From a virus (lineage: Duplodnaviria; Caudoviricetes): 64,000 nucleotides of DNA. Every line of letters starts with the position of its first letter. Position 1 is the stretch's first letter. The notes under the pieces are model-generated. The model saw nothing but the letters and a program-made list of their open reading frames with translations, was not told the origin of the DNA and made no database searches. Location of the stretch: positions 1-64,000 of the IMG/VR virus record IMGVR_UViG_3300020477_000013; one strand, 5' to 3'. Below, in pieces: positions 50,901-58,641 of this stretch. A program made the position numbers and the translations under genes.

Positions 50901-51258
50901 ATATGGCCAAAAGACATTACTTCGAGCGCAGTCGGCTTTGGATAGGGTTAATGTTAGGCGCTTATTAATTGAGATTAGAAGAAGGGTTCGTAAGGTTGCG
51001 AACAATATTCTATTTGAGCCCAATCGTGCATCCACGTTAGCTAGGTTCTCCGCTGCGGTTAATCCGATATTATCGAAGATTCAAGCCCAGCAAGGCCTAG
51101 ATAGGTTCAAAGTTCAGATTGATACAACGACAACAACACAGGCGGATGTTGAGAATAACACCATTAGAGGAAAGATATTCTTGCAGCCCACACGTGCTGT
51201 TGAATTTGTCGCTCTTGACTTTGTTGTTACTAACACAATTAGTGACGATATGTTGTAG
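47923..51258 (+). CDS. gp18: Tail sheath protein 2 (gp18-like paralog)
   Basis: SAGIQAQEID, GTSRKGRAFVP, PWLAPAGFTRG, YGQKTL, LDRVNVRRLLI, PTRAVEFVALDF. Confidence 0.93.
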   Translation: MGEQVFNSAGIQAQEIDLSGPKPAKPEGTPAGVIGTSRKGRAFVPITLPNMSEFIVKFGNTDGKQFAPLAMRQWFSNGARAGTFVRVLGAGDGKKRVESGDNSGRVNRAGFVVGGQVIQDNGQLGNNKWAGVNAAGGGHKDGTSIGKGMAGRTYFLGCFMSESKISSTIFRESGIIQGSTANGYDNPAGTVNPLTQSKPIIRGVLFAASGVALGLSATMHKGNDPFTDACAITKRAANSDQGFTTADYTAAVFGGQSGSFTTNAGGFLGDIDKSSNGGDKFTMILNGMPTNDEFKNVITASFDPKERSYFANVFNKDPNKLEKAGHWLYTHYDVYPAYATITGSKSALSGTDPKDWGGLGDITIGSGPSSGGAQIAFLFTASLARNSGSAANTDADLASYFDGATYGVPNFEGFEDRYRAAFSPYVISQDMGDGAKNLFKVHAISDGLGGYTPTAADLPPEKIKISILNLKKSRSTNPNQQYGTFDLLVRKLDDTDRNQVVYEKHTNLDLDPSSDNYIARRIGDTHIYWDWDRDETAQKLVVEGKYPNFSNYIRVEMNSEVDRGPIGMEPKAMPVGFRGPNHLVTSGSAIFAAMTGALGRVGPGSAPGAFASSEIVVPPIPFRRHIMRKRGVADVAVSYLHWGVQTTIQDSLEEPNKSLQYNDGIDSYTKYFPHYATTFAKAWVGDNAGVSMKGGTVLDSDRFNNNMFTLERVQVVTQSSTVDLPDPLQWAAARYRRDGTLADLTKSDDSTQPGRFINVKKDFGDSTTQSFLKFSFFLQGGFDGTNLFDKQKFELTDLACRREKDNTNQGGVRGPTVMAYRKAIDILKERADADIQLLAIPGLRHPVVTDYAIDAIEDRFDALYIMDIEEKDSANMYVTASDVQLVDVTNTVRRFDDRNLDTSFAAAYFPNVVIRDAATATDLTVPPTVSVLGAFAQNDRLGHPWLAPAGFTRGALKDVIDLGVELKKENMDKLYPSDINPITSFPDASGPLIYGQKTLLRAQSALDRVNVRRLLIEIRRRVRKVANNILFEPNRASTLARFSAAVNPILSKIQAQQGLDRFKVQIDTTTTTQADVENNTIRGKIFLQPTRAVEFVALDFVVTNTISDDML

Positions 51259-51285
51259 GATTCGGGCTTTATCGCTCGGGATTAT

Positions 51286-51292
51286 ATATTTA
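51286..51292 (+). promoter_or_regulatory. Putative late promoter motif ATATTTA
   Basis: Intergenic, upstream of the tube gene SD. Confidence 0.5.
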
Positions 51293-51324
51293 GATAAAGA
51301 CAGGTATTTTAGGAGATAGAAAAA

Positions 51325-51813
51325 ATGGCAGAGACTCTTTCAGTCACAGACATGTTACCAAATAAGTTTGAGCCGAAAAGAAAATTTCGGTGGGTTTTCG
51401 CTATAGAAGGTATTGATGCTTTCTTATGCAAAACAGCTGCACGTCCTACGTTTACGACTGGCGAGCAAGAGATTCAATTCATTAATTCTACTAGGTATAT
51501 TGCTGGTAAGACAAAGTTTGAGACAATGAGCGTTAATTTACACGATCCCATTGCTCCTTCTGGTGCGCAGCAGGTTATGGAGTGGATTAGGACACACTTT
51601 GAGTCCGTTTCAGGCCGCGCTGGTTACGCAGATTTTTATAAGCGTGATTGCCAGCTTAAGCTTTTAGATCCTGTGGGTACTGTTGTCGAGCTATGGGATA
51701 TCAAGGGAGCGTGGATAACATCTGCCAACTTTGGAGACCTAGATTACGGCGCAGAGGATCCGATGGAGGTAGCGCTCACTCTCCGATTTGATAACTGTGT
51801 GCTGCAATACTAG
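51325..51813 (+). CDS. gp19: Tail tube protein (gp19-like)
   Basis: 162 aa after the sheaths. FEPKRKFRW, WDIKGAWITSANFGDLDY, LTLRFD. Confidence 0.9.
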   Translation: MAETLSVTDMLPNKFEPKRKFRWVFAIEGIDAFLCKTAARPTFTTGEQEIQFINSTRYIAGKTKFETMSVNLHDPIAPSGAQQVMEWIRTHFESVSGRAGYADFYKRDCQLKLLDPVGTVVELWDIKGAWITSANFGDLDYGAEDPMEVALTLRFDNCVLQY

Positions 51814-51844
51814 GCATTTAGATTATACATTTCTTATAAACTTT

Positions 51845-51878
51845 AAACCCACCATCAATGATGGTGGGTTTTTTATTT
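51845..51878 (+). terminator. Rho-independent terminator after tube gene
   Basis: 12-bp stem AAACCCACCATC / GATGGTGGGTTT followed by a T tract. Confidence 0.88.
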
Positions 51879-51938
51879 ACAATTTGCTCATACTTGTGGA
51901 TATTTAACCATCAAAGCATAGACTTATAGGTGGTTATT

Positions 51939-52793
51939 ATGTCTGAAGAGATGGAGAGATCAGCCCGCAGTGAGATTTTTGGAGGCCAACAGCACCAGCC
52001 TGGTATGCCTACCAGGAATGTAATGAAAGACGATTTTGATTTTGAGGTACCTGTTGAGTCAGTACCTATCCCAACTAGGGGTGTTGTTTATCCTCATGAT
52101 TCTACATTACACTCTAGGGAAACGGTCGACATCAAGGGTATGACTGCACGTGAAGAAGATATCTTAACATCACGGGCCCTTATCAAGAAGGGAACGGTTA
52201 TAACCGAGCTCCTAAGGTCATGTATTACAGATAAGAATATTAACCCCGACGATATGTTGGTGGGTGATAGAAATGCATTAATGACCGCTGTTAGAATTAC
52301 AGGTTATGGAGCCGAATATAATTGTGAGATTTCATGCCCTGAGTGTGGTGAGAAATCAAAGCATGACTTTGATCTAACATCATTACCTATTAAGAGATTG
52401 AAGATTGAGCCTGTTGCCGATGGTACCAATACGTTTGAGGTTGAATTGCCCATGACAAAAAAGACAATAAGGTTTAAATTTCTCACGGGGAATGATGAAC
52501 GAGAGATGGTGGTTACACAAGAGAGAAGAAAGAAGCAAGGCATGAAAGCAGATTCTTTAGTGACCGAAAGGTTCTCTCGTCAGATTGTATCAGTAGGCAC
52601 CGTTAATGAGAAAAACAAGATTAACATGTTTGTCCGGAACATGCCAGCCAGGGATTCGTTATTTTTGAGAAAATACATTGATGATAATGAGCCTGGAATT
52701 GATATGACTAGCTGGATGGTATGCCCACATTGCGATGAGCATTCGGAGGTGCGCCTTCCCATGGGCGCTACGTTTTTTTGGCCTGACGCCTAG
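51939..52793 (+). CDS. Baseplate hub assembly/tail chaperone (gp26-like)
   Basis: VPIPTRG..Y, MTAREEDILT, GDRNALM.AVRITGYG, CPEC and CPHC, ends FFWPDA. AGGTGG SD favours ATG 51939. Confidence 0.75.
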   Translation: MSEEMERSARSEIFGGQQHQPGMPTRNVMKDDFDFEVPVESVPIPTRGVVYPHDSTLHSRETVDIKGMTAREEDILTSRALIKKGTVITELLRSCITDKNINPDDMLVGDRNALMTAVRITGYGAEYNCEISCPECGEKSKHDFDLTSLPIKRLKIEPVADGTNTFEVELPMTKKTIRFKFLTGNDEREMVVTQERRKKQGMKADSLVTERFSRQIVSVGTVNEKNKINMFVRNMPARDSLFLRKYIDDNEPGIDMTSWMVCPHCDEHSEVRLPMGATFFWPDA

Positions 52794-53043
52794 CGATAAA
52801 GAGGTTTTCTTAGAGCAGATATTTGCTCTAATGTACTATATGGGTTTTACATATACGGAGGCGTATACACTACCCATATGGCAGCGGCACTGGTTTATAA
52901 AGAGAACCAATCAAGAGCTAAAACAGGCCAGTGAACAGGATAACGGCGCATCAAGAGCGTTGCATCAAAATACCGGCGAAGCCAGGTCTATGTATAATCG
53001 TGCGAGAAGTCAGGTACCTGCTAAATTAAGAAGGTTCTCTTAG
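52774..53043 (+). CDS. Overlapping +1-frame ORF (tail chaperone extension, probably reached by frameshift)
   Basis: FFGLTPSDKEVFLEQIFALMYYMGFTYTEAYTLPIWQRHWFI begins at the T7 run 52773-52779. The tracked ATG 52735 has no SD. Confidence 0.6.
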   Translation, partial: FFGLTPSDKEVFLEQIFALMYYMGFTYTEAYTLPIWQRHWFIKRTNQELKQASEQDNGASRALHQNTGEARSMYNRARSQVPAKLRRFS

Positions 53044-53073
53044 GCCATATTTATTATTCGGAGGTGTTTTCGT

Positions 53074-53325
53074 ATGGGTAATGATATTAAGAGATTGTCT
53101 GCACTGGCTGCAGCACACATATTAGGTAAAAAGACAAACATAAAACTAACAGGAAGCAAAAAAAAGGTTATGGCTACCAGGAATGTTATTAATGCATCAA
53201 GGAATTTATATGAAGCCATGAACCGCCAAGAGCCTAGGCTAGATGAGGTAAAATTATGTCTCCAAAAGAAGCAAGATGCTGCCAAAGAATTTAAGGTAGA
53301 ATTTGGTCATTCTTGGCCTCTCTGA
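53074..53325 (+). CDS. Small hypothetical protein
   Basis: 83 aa with GGAGGT SD and ATATTTA motif upstream. Confidence 0.65.
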   Translation: MGNDIKRLSALAAAHILGKKTNIKLTGSKKKVMATRNVINASRNLYEAMNRQEPRLDEVKLCLQKKQDAAKEFKVEFGHSWPL

Positions 53326-53391
53326 TCTCTAAAGTGGTTTTACCTAATACTTACATAGGTAAGGCATTGTAGTATACGGGACACATGATAT

Positions 53392-56300
53392 ATGGCCGAT
53401 GAATCAGCAGATCAGTTAGCAATTCAACAACAGATCAATGAAGTGCTCGAGGCCCGGAAGGCTATCCTTAAAGAGATGGAGGCTTCTTACTCGCGCCAGT
53501 CGAAGGTTAGCGCAAGTCTCTGTTCTGCGATGGATCAGTGCCGTGTGTCCGCTGATAAGACACGCCAGTCATCCCAACAACTAAGGAACGGGCTGGAACA
53601 AGCTGCGCAAGAGGCAGAAAATTTAAGCGATGAGCTTGAAGGTGCACAAGAAGAAGCAGAGTCAGCGTCAGACTCTATACAGTCTGCTTCTGGTGGCATA
53701 GGTAGTTTTGTCAAGGCCGGTCTCGGCCTTGCTGGTGTTGCTAGCGTTTTTGGGAAAATTGGAGGTATGGCTGAGGGTCTAGGTGCGATTCTGTCTTCGG
53801 TGACATCCGCTATATGGAACATTGGAACGGCAATTATAGCAATCCCATTTCAGATATTCGGTGCCCTCGTTGATATGGCCCAAGGTGGCGGGGGCTCATC
53901 CGGCCTAAGGGAGGCTATAGAGTCAGTTAGGGAACAGTTTGGTGACCTTGCTAGCAATGAAGGTAAGGCCCTGTACAATACCCTCGGCGATATGCGAAAG
54001 AATATGCGTAATCTTGCCGGTACTGGCTTGAGAATGGGCAAGGTGTTCGGGTATGGCCGGAAGGGAATGGCTGAGTTGCTAAAGGCTAATCTTGAGTTAG
54101 CACAAGCACTGGGCCCGTCATTTAACAAGCTTAAGGGTGTCATAGAGAAAAATTCTGTTGCTATAGCTATGTATGGTAAAGGCCTAGGCTTAGCTGCAGA
54201 ACAACAGGCATATATGCTTAAGCATGCTAAGGCAATGGGTAAAGATCCCGTTAAATACCTAAATGCTGTTGCAAATCAGGCCATTCAGCTTGGAAAGCAG
54301 TTCGGGATTAGCTCAAAAGTTATGGGTAAAGCAGTAGGAGAAATGACTGCTGACGTTGATAATTTCGGTCATATGAGTGTTAAGCAATTAGGTGCAACGG
54401 CTGCATTTGCTTCTAAGCTAGGGATTGAGATTAAGACATTATCTGGGATAGTAGATAAATTCCTCAATTTCGAAGATGCAGCACAGTCAGTTGCTCAACT
54501 AAATCAAGCATTCGGCGCTCAAGTTGACGTTATGAAGTTGATGAATGCCGAAAGCCCTGCACAGCAAATAGACATGATGAGAAAGTCAATGTTCGCTGCA
54601 GGAAAAGATATTAGAAGTATGACCCTGGCTGAGCGGAAGTTGCTAGCACAGACGACAGGGTTACAAGGTGCTGCTCTAGAGCAGGCATTCTCTATAGAAA
54701 ACCAGGGCGTTTCTTACGACAAGATGGCAGAGGCTTCTGAAAAGGCTGCAAAAGCTCAAAAATCTCAAGCTGAGGTAATGAAAGAGCTATCAAAGAATAT
54801 AAAACGCCTAGTTCGCTCAGGCGGCGGCGGTAAGGTCAAGGGTTTCTTTGACGCATTCTCAAAGGGATTTGAGGAAGGCATAATGAGAGCAGGCCCATTC
54901 CGCCAGATGCTTAGGAATATTGCTAGGTCATTGAGGATTACCACATATGCGGGTAGAGCTGTAGGCAGAATGTTCGTTAATATGTTTCCCGGTATAAAGA
55001 AAATGACCGGCGGACTTGCGGATATATTCGATCCTAAGAGATTTCAAAAGTTCATGGATAAAATAAAGGGCGTCTTTAGGACCTTTTTTACTGACGTCGG
55101 TGGTAATAAGCCTGGCAGCGTAAAGAATTTCCTAAAGAGCCTCAAGGATACCTTTATGAACTGGCTTTCAGGTGGTAAAGCTGGTGGGGGTAAGATCTTA
55201 GAGGGCCTCTCTGAATTCTGGAATGCATTTAAACTCATAATCAAGCAAGCGATACCCGTCGTGGTTGAGGGCTTAGTGTGGCTATTCGATCAAATAGCCG
55301 CATTTATAAATAACCCCAGTGTCCTCGTAGGCCCGATGAACGCGATAGGGAATTTCTTTGGTAACCTCTTTGACGAATTCTACTCTGTGATTGAGCCGCA
55401 TGTAAGCAAAATAGGCGATGCATTCATGAAACTAGTTCAGGCATTAGAACCGTATTTTGTACAAGTATATGACTGGATAGGCACAAAGATGTCAGAGCTT
55501 GGGACCGTCTTATGGGATGCGATAACAAATTCATGGGTGGCTAAAGCAGCAATTGGTGCAGCTATAGTGATTGTAGGTGCAAAGTTATTGGGGGTGGTGG
55601 GTGCAGTCTTAGGTACCGTATTTTCCGGCATCGGCGGAATAATCGGCAAAATTAAGGGTCAAGGCGCAGGGAGTTCCTTTATAGACTTCTTAACGGAGTT
55701 TGAGGATGTTGAGTATAGCGATATTGCAAAATTTGCGGCATTGTTGGTGGTAGTCGGTGTCGCGATGGCTGGACTCACACATGCAGTGGTTATACCAACG
55801 ATCGAAGCAATTAGCGCGTCCAAGGGCTTGACACCACAGGCTGCTGCAGGGTATGGCATTATAATGGGTGCCTCACTGTTAGGTGTTATAGGCGTTTTAG
55901 AGATTGCAAAGAGATATCAGGCATTAATGGAGAACCAGGGCTTTCTTAAGAAGATAGGAATTGGCCTTGCTATTATTGCCGGTATAATGCTCATTATGGG
56001 AGGAGTCTTTGCACTCAATACATTTATGCTGGTTAAAGCCATGGGTGACAAAGATGCCGGTGGCGTGGGAAAGGTCTTTAAGGCACTTTCTAGTATGCTT
56101 CAAGCCGTTTTGATCATGATGCCTGTAGCAGCAGTCTTAGGCATAGCAGCAGCAGCATCACCATGGGGCACATTAGGAGTAGCGTTGATAGTCCTGGGGA
56201 TGGGTGTTATCGGGACGCTATTGGTCGCTTTAACATATTGCTTAATACCCGCTATCAAGATGATCGCCGGCATGGATGTCGGAAATCCTGCTGAGTTTGA

Positions 56301-58302
56301 AAAGAAAATGAGAGCATTTGTCTCCATTATTCAAGCATTTCAACCAATACTAGAGATGAATAAAGGGTTTGAAAAAATAGAGGATGCTGATCCTGAACAA
56401 ATAATAAAGATGATACAGGAGAATAACGCAGGTGTTACTGGCGTCCTAAAAGAAATGAGGTTGTTTATCAATGACTTAATTTCAGCCGTTGGTGGCATGA
56501 CTCCAGCCCAGATGGAGAGTGCTAAGGTAGGAGGTAAGATTATTTCATCCGTGTCATCATTATTAGGAGTACTTATCCAACCCTTTGGGCAACTAATAAC
56601 GTCTCTTGAAAAATTGGCCGATGAGGATATAGATGACTTTTCTGAAAAGTTGGCTCCAGCATTTCGCAATTTCAGGATTCAAATGGTAGCGATGGTTAAG
56701 CAGTTAGCTGAGCCCCTTAGGGATCTAATAAAAACAATTTATGATGTTGATATCGACATGTCAGATGCCGATAAGGCAAAGAATAAGATGAACCTTATTA
56801 CACTGGCTGCAAGGGCAGCCGGCGATATGATGAAAGGCTTTACTGCTATGACGGAAGGCATCGGCGCGAATAAGGCATTACAACATGCACTAGATGAATC
56901 GTCCTATACAAGCGCAGAGAAATTTTTTAATAAAGAAGCCGTCCGTGGTGGGAAGGTCGTTAGAGAAGGTGGCCAGGTCACAAAGACAAAGCTTGGAAGG
57001 GTTATGAGGGGTGTAGATAGCGTCATGTCAAAGATTACGGGCTCTATTGGCAAGCACATGCCTACAATTCTCACGAAAGTTTCAGGATTGTATACAACGC
57101 TCAAGACATCATTTGCTGGTGAATCAGATGCATCAATATTGAAAAAGCTGGAACTTGTTACTGCTGCTATCGGTATTGCTGGAAAATTTTCAAAGGTGTT
57201 GGGCGAAACCATGCAGTCTCTAGGTGGAGGTTCGGGTGCGCTAAGCAAGGCAATAAGCGAAGGTACTATCTCTACCCTGCTTTTAGCAGTTACGGAGATT
57301 ACGAATGTCTTATCATCTGATCTCGTTCTTAATTTGGGACTAATGGTTTCCGGAATATCTGCGATAGATATCCCAGAGACTATGAATGATGCGAAAATAA
57401 AATCACTTGGTAGCATAATGGGTATAGCTACATCCTTTGCAACGATAATGAAAGATATTCAAGATAAATTTGGGGAAAAGGAAGTACAGATTGATAAGGG
57501 TAAATTCAAGACGATAGGGGCTAGCTTTGGTGTAATGGGTACCATCGTGACTGAGATGAAACAGCCCCTATCAGACCTAGTCGAGAATATGATTGGGAAG
57601 GACGGTAAAGGCGGCCTCATAGGGAAGATCCCAGCAAAGTTCCAGCGTGGCGTTATAGCTGCTAAAGTAAAGACTCTAGGCTTTATCGCACAAGCCGCGA
57701 AATCATTTACTGGCATAATCGGGGGCATGGTGGGTGATGATGGAACGTCATCTATTTTCGGTACCGTTGCGGTTGCAACAGGCACTTCGCTTAGTTGGAT
57801 AATAGCATTAATGGATAAGGGGATGGCTAAAGCTAACGGGATCCCCATGACGATACCAGAATTTACACAGCACATGGCAAATAAAAAAAATAAGTTATAT
57901 GCCATAGGGTCCAAGACAATTGCTGCAATGGATGATATCCCCGTCTTTATGAATGCATTCAGCAGCGCGATGCCGGCTGTACAGAAGGCAGGCGAAGTCG
58001 CTATTTTGAATCATGCATCAAGTATTGCATCTATAGCGGAACAAATTAATACAATGAATGCTTCACTGAGGAGCATTAAGGCAGGATCGATTGATGTTGC
58101 ATTACAAAATTTCACCAAGGCAGTTGCTGTTGGTGGCAACGACAAGTCATTCAAGGTAAAACCGGCGAACATGACAGTTAATATGACAATCAATATCAAG
58201 ATGGATAGGCATTCAATGGTGAAATACCTTTCAGGTAAGGTAAACTCAAAAACGACCGATCGCCTAAAAATTGCAGATAAGCCTAACAAGGATCCAAAAT
58301 AG
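53392..58302 (+). CDS. Tape measure protein
   Basis: 1636 aa, Ala/Gly/Lys-rich and helical, with central hydrophobic segments. Follows the tube and chaperone genes. Confidence 0.85.
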   Translation: MADESADQLAIQQQINEVLEARKAILKEMEASYSRQSKVSASLCSAMDQCRVSADKTRQSSQQLRNGLEQAAQEAENLSDELEGAQEEAESASDSIQSASGGIGSFVKAGLGLAGVASVFGKIGGMAEGLGAILSSVTSAIWNIGTAIIAIPFQIFGALVDMAQGGGGSSGLREAIESVREQFGDLASNEGKALYNTLGDMRKNMRNLAGTGLRMGKVFGYGRKGMAELLKANLELAQALGPSFNKLKGVIEKNSVAIAMYGKGLGLAAEQQAYMLKHAKAMGKDPVKYLNAVANQAIQLGKQFGISSKVMGKAVGEMTADVDNFGHMSVKQLGATAAFASKLGIEIKTLSGIVDKFLNFEDAAQSVAQLNQAFGAQVDVMKLMNAESPAQQIDMMRKSMFAAGKDIRSMTLAERKLLAQTTGLQGAALEQAFSIENQGVSYDKMAEASEKAAKAQKSQAEVMKELSKNIKRLVRSGGGGKVKGFFDAFSKGFEEGIMRAGPFRQMLRNIARSLRITTYAGRAVGRMFVNMFPGIKKMTGGLADIFDPKRFQKFMDKIKGVFRTFFTDVGGNKPGSVKNFLKSLKDTFMNWLSGGKAGGGKILEGLSEFWNAFKLIIKQAIPVVVEGLVWLFDQIAAFINNPSVLVGPMNAIGNFFGNLFDEFYSVIEPHVSKIGDAFMKLVQALEPYFVQVYDWIGTKMSELGTVLWDAITNSWVAKAAIGAAIVIVGAKLLGVVGAVLGTVFSGIGGIIGKIKGQGAGSSFIDFLTEFEDVEYSDIAKFAALLVVVGVAMAGLTHAVVIPTIEAISASKGLTPQAAAGYGIIMGASLLGVIGVLEIAKRYQALMENQGFLKKIGIGLAIIAGIMLIMGGVFALNTFMLVKAMGDKDAGGVGKVFKALSSMLQAVLIMMPVAAVLGIAAAASPWGTLGVALIVLGMGVIGTLLVALTYCLIPAIKMIAGMDVGNPAEFEKKMRAFVSIIQAFQPILEMNKGFEKIEDADPEQIIKMIQENNAGVTGVLKEMRLFINDLISAVGGMTPAQMESAKVGGKIISSVSSLLGVLIQPFGQLITSLEKLADEDIDDFSEKLAPAFRNFRIQMVAMVKQLAEPLRDLIKTIYDVDIDMSDADKAKNKMNLITLAARAAGDMMKGFTAMTEGIGANKALQHALDESSYTSAEKFFNKEAVRGGKVVREGGQVTKTKLGRVMRGVDSVMSKITGSIGKHMPTILTKVSGLYTTLKTSFAGESDASILKKLELVTAAIGIAGKFSKVLGETMQSLGGGSGALSKAISEGTISTLLLAVTEITNVLSSDLVLNLGLMVSGISAIDIPETMNDAKIKSLGSIMGIATSFATIMKDIQDKFGEKEVQIDKGKFKTIGASFGVMGTIVTEMKQPLSDLVENMIGKDGKGGLIGKIPAKFQRGVIAAKVKTLGFIAQAAKSFTGIIGGMVGDDGTSSIFGTVAVATGTSLSWIIALMDKGMAKANGIPMTIPEFTQHMANKKNKLYAIGSKTIAAMDDIPVFMNAFSSAMPAVQKAGEVAILNHASSIASIAEQINTMNASLRSIKAGSIDVALQNFTKAVAVGGNDKSFKVKPANMTVNMTINIKMDRHSMVKYLSGKVNSKTTDRLKIADKPNKDPK

Positions 58303-58371
58303 CTATTTCACATTCGCTAGGTTTTATATTTATTTAATATTTAGGGAATTGAGTATCGGAGGCAAGTTAAA

Positions 58372-58641
58372 ATGGAAGATAAAGAATTTGAAAATATCAA
58401 CAAAGACGAAGATCTAGACCCGGACTATTTGAGGGCTAGGGATGAAGGTATCCTTGAGGGTGTTTACAAACAACTACATCCTGTTACTAGGGCTTATGTA
58501 GAGAGAAAAGCTAGTGCATTCATGAAGAGCTTCACAGAACACCTAAGGGCAATGGAAAAGGTTGGCGAAGATAAAGATGCTAGAGAAAAAATGTTCCGAA
58601 AACTAAATATCAATCCCAAAGACTCAGGGGGATCTAGGTAA
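58372..58641 (+). CDS. Small hypothetical protein
   Basis: 89 aa with GGAGG SD and two ATATTTA motifs upstream. Confidence 0.6.
   Translation: MEDKEFENINKDEDLDPDYLRARDEGILEGVYKQLHPVTRAYVERKASAFMKSFTEHLRAMEKVGEDKDAREKMFRKLNINPKDSGGSR

Noticed and set aside
51263-51281. Small hairpin between sheath 2 and the tube gene
   Set aside because: A weak 6-bp stem with G-U pairs and no U tract, insufficient to call.
52735-52773. ATG 52735 as the start of the second chaperone ORF
   Set aside because: No SD upstream and the first residues (MSIRRCAFPWALR) look non-coding. Protein-like sequence begins at the T7 run.
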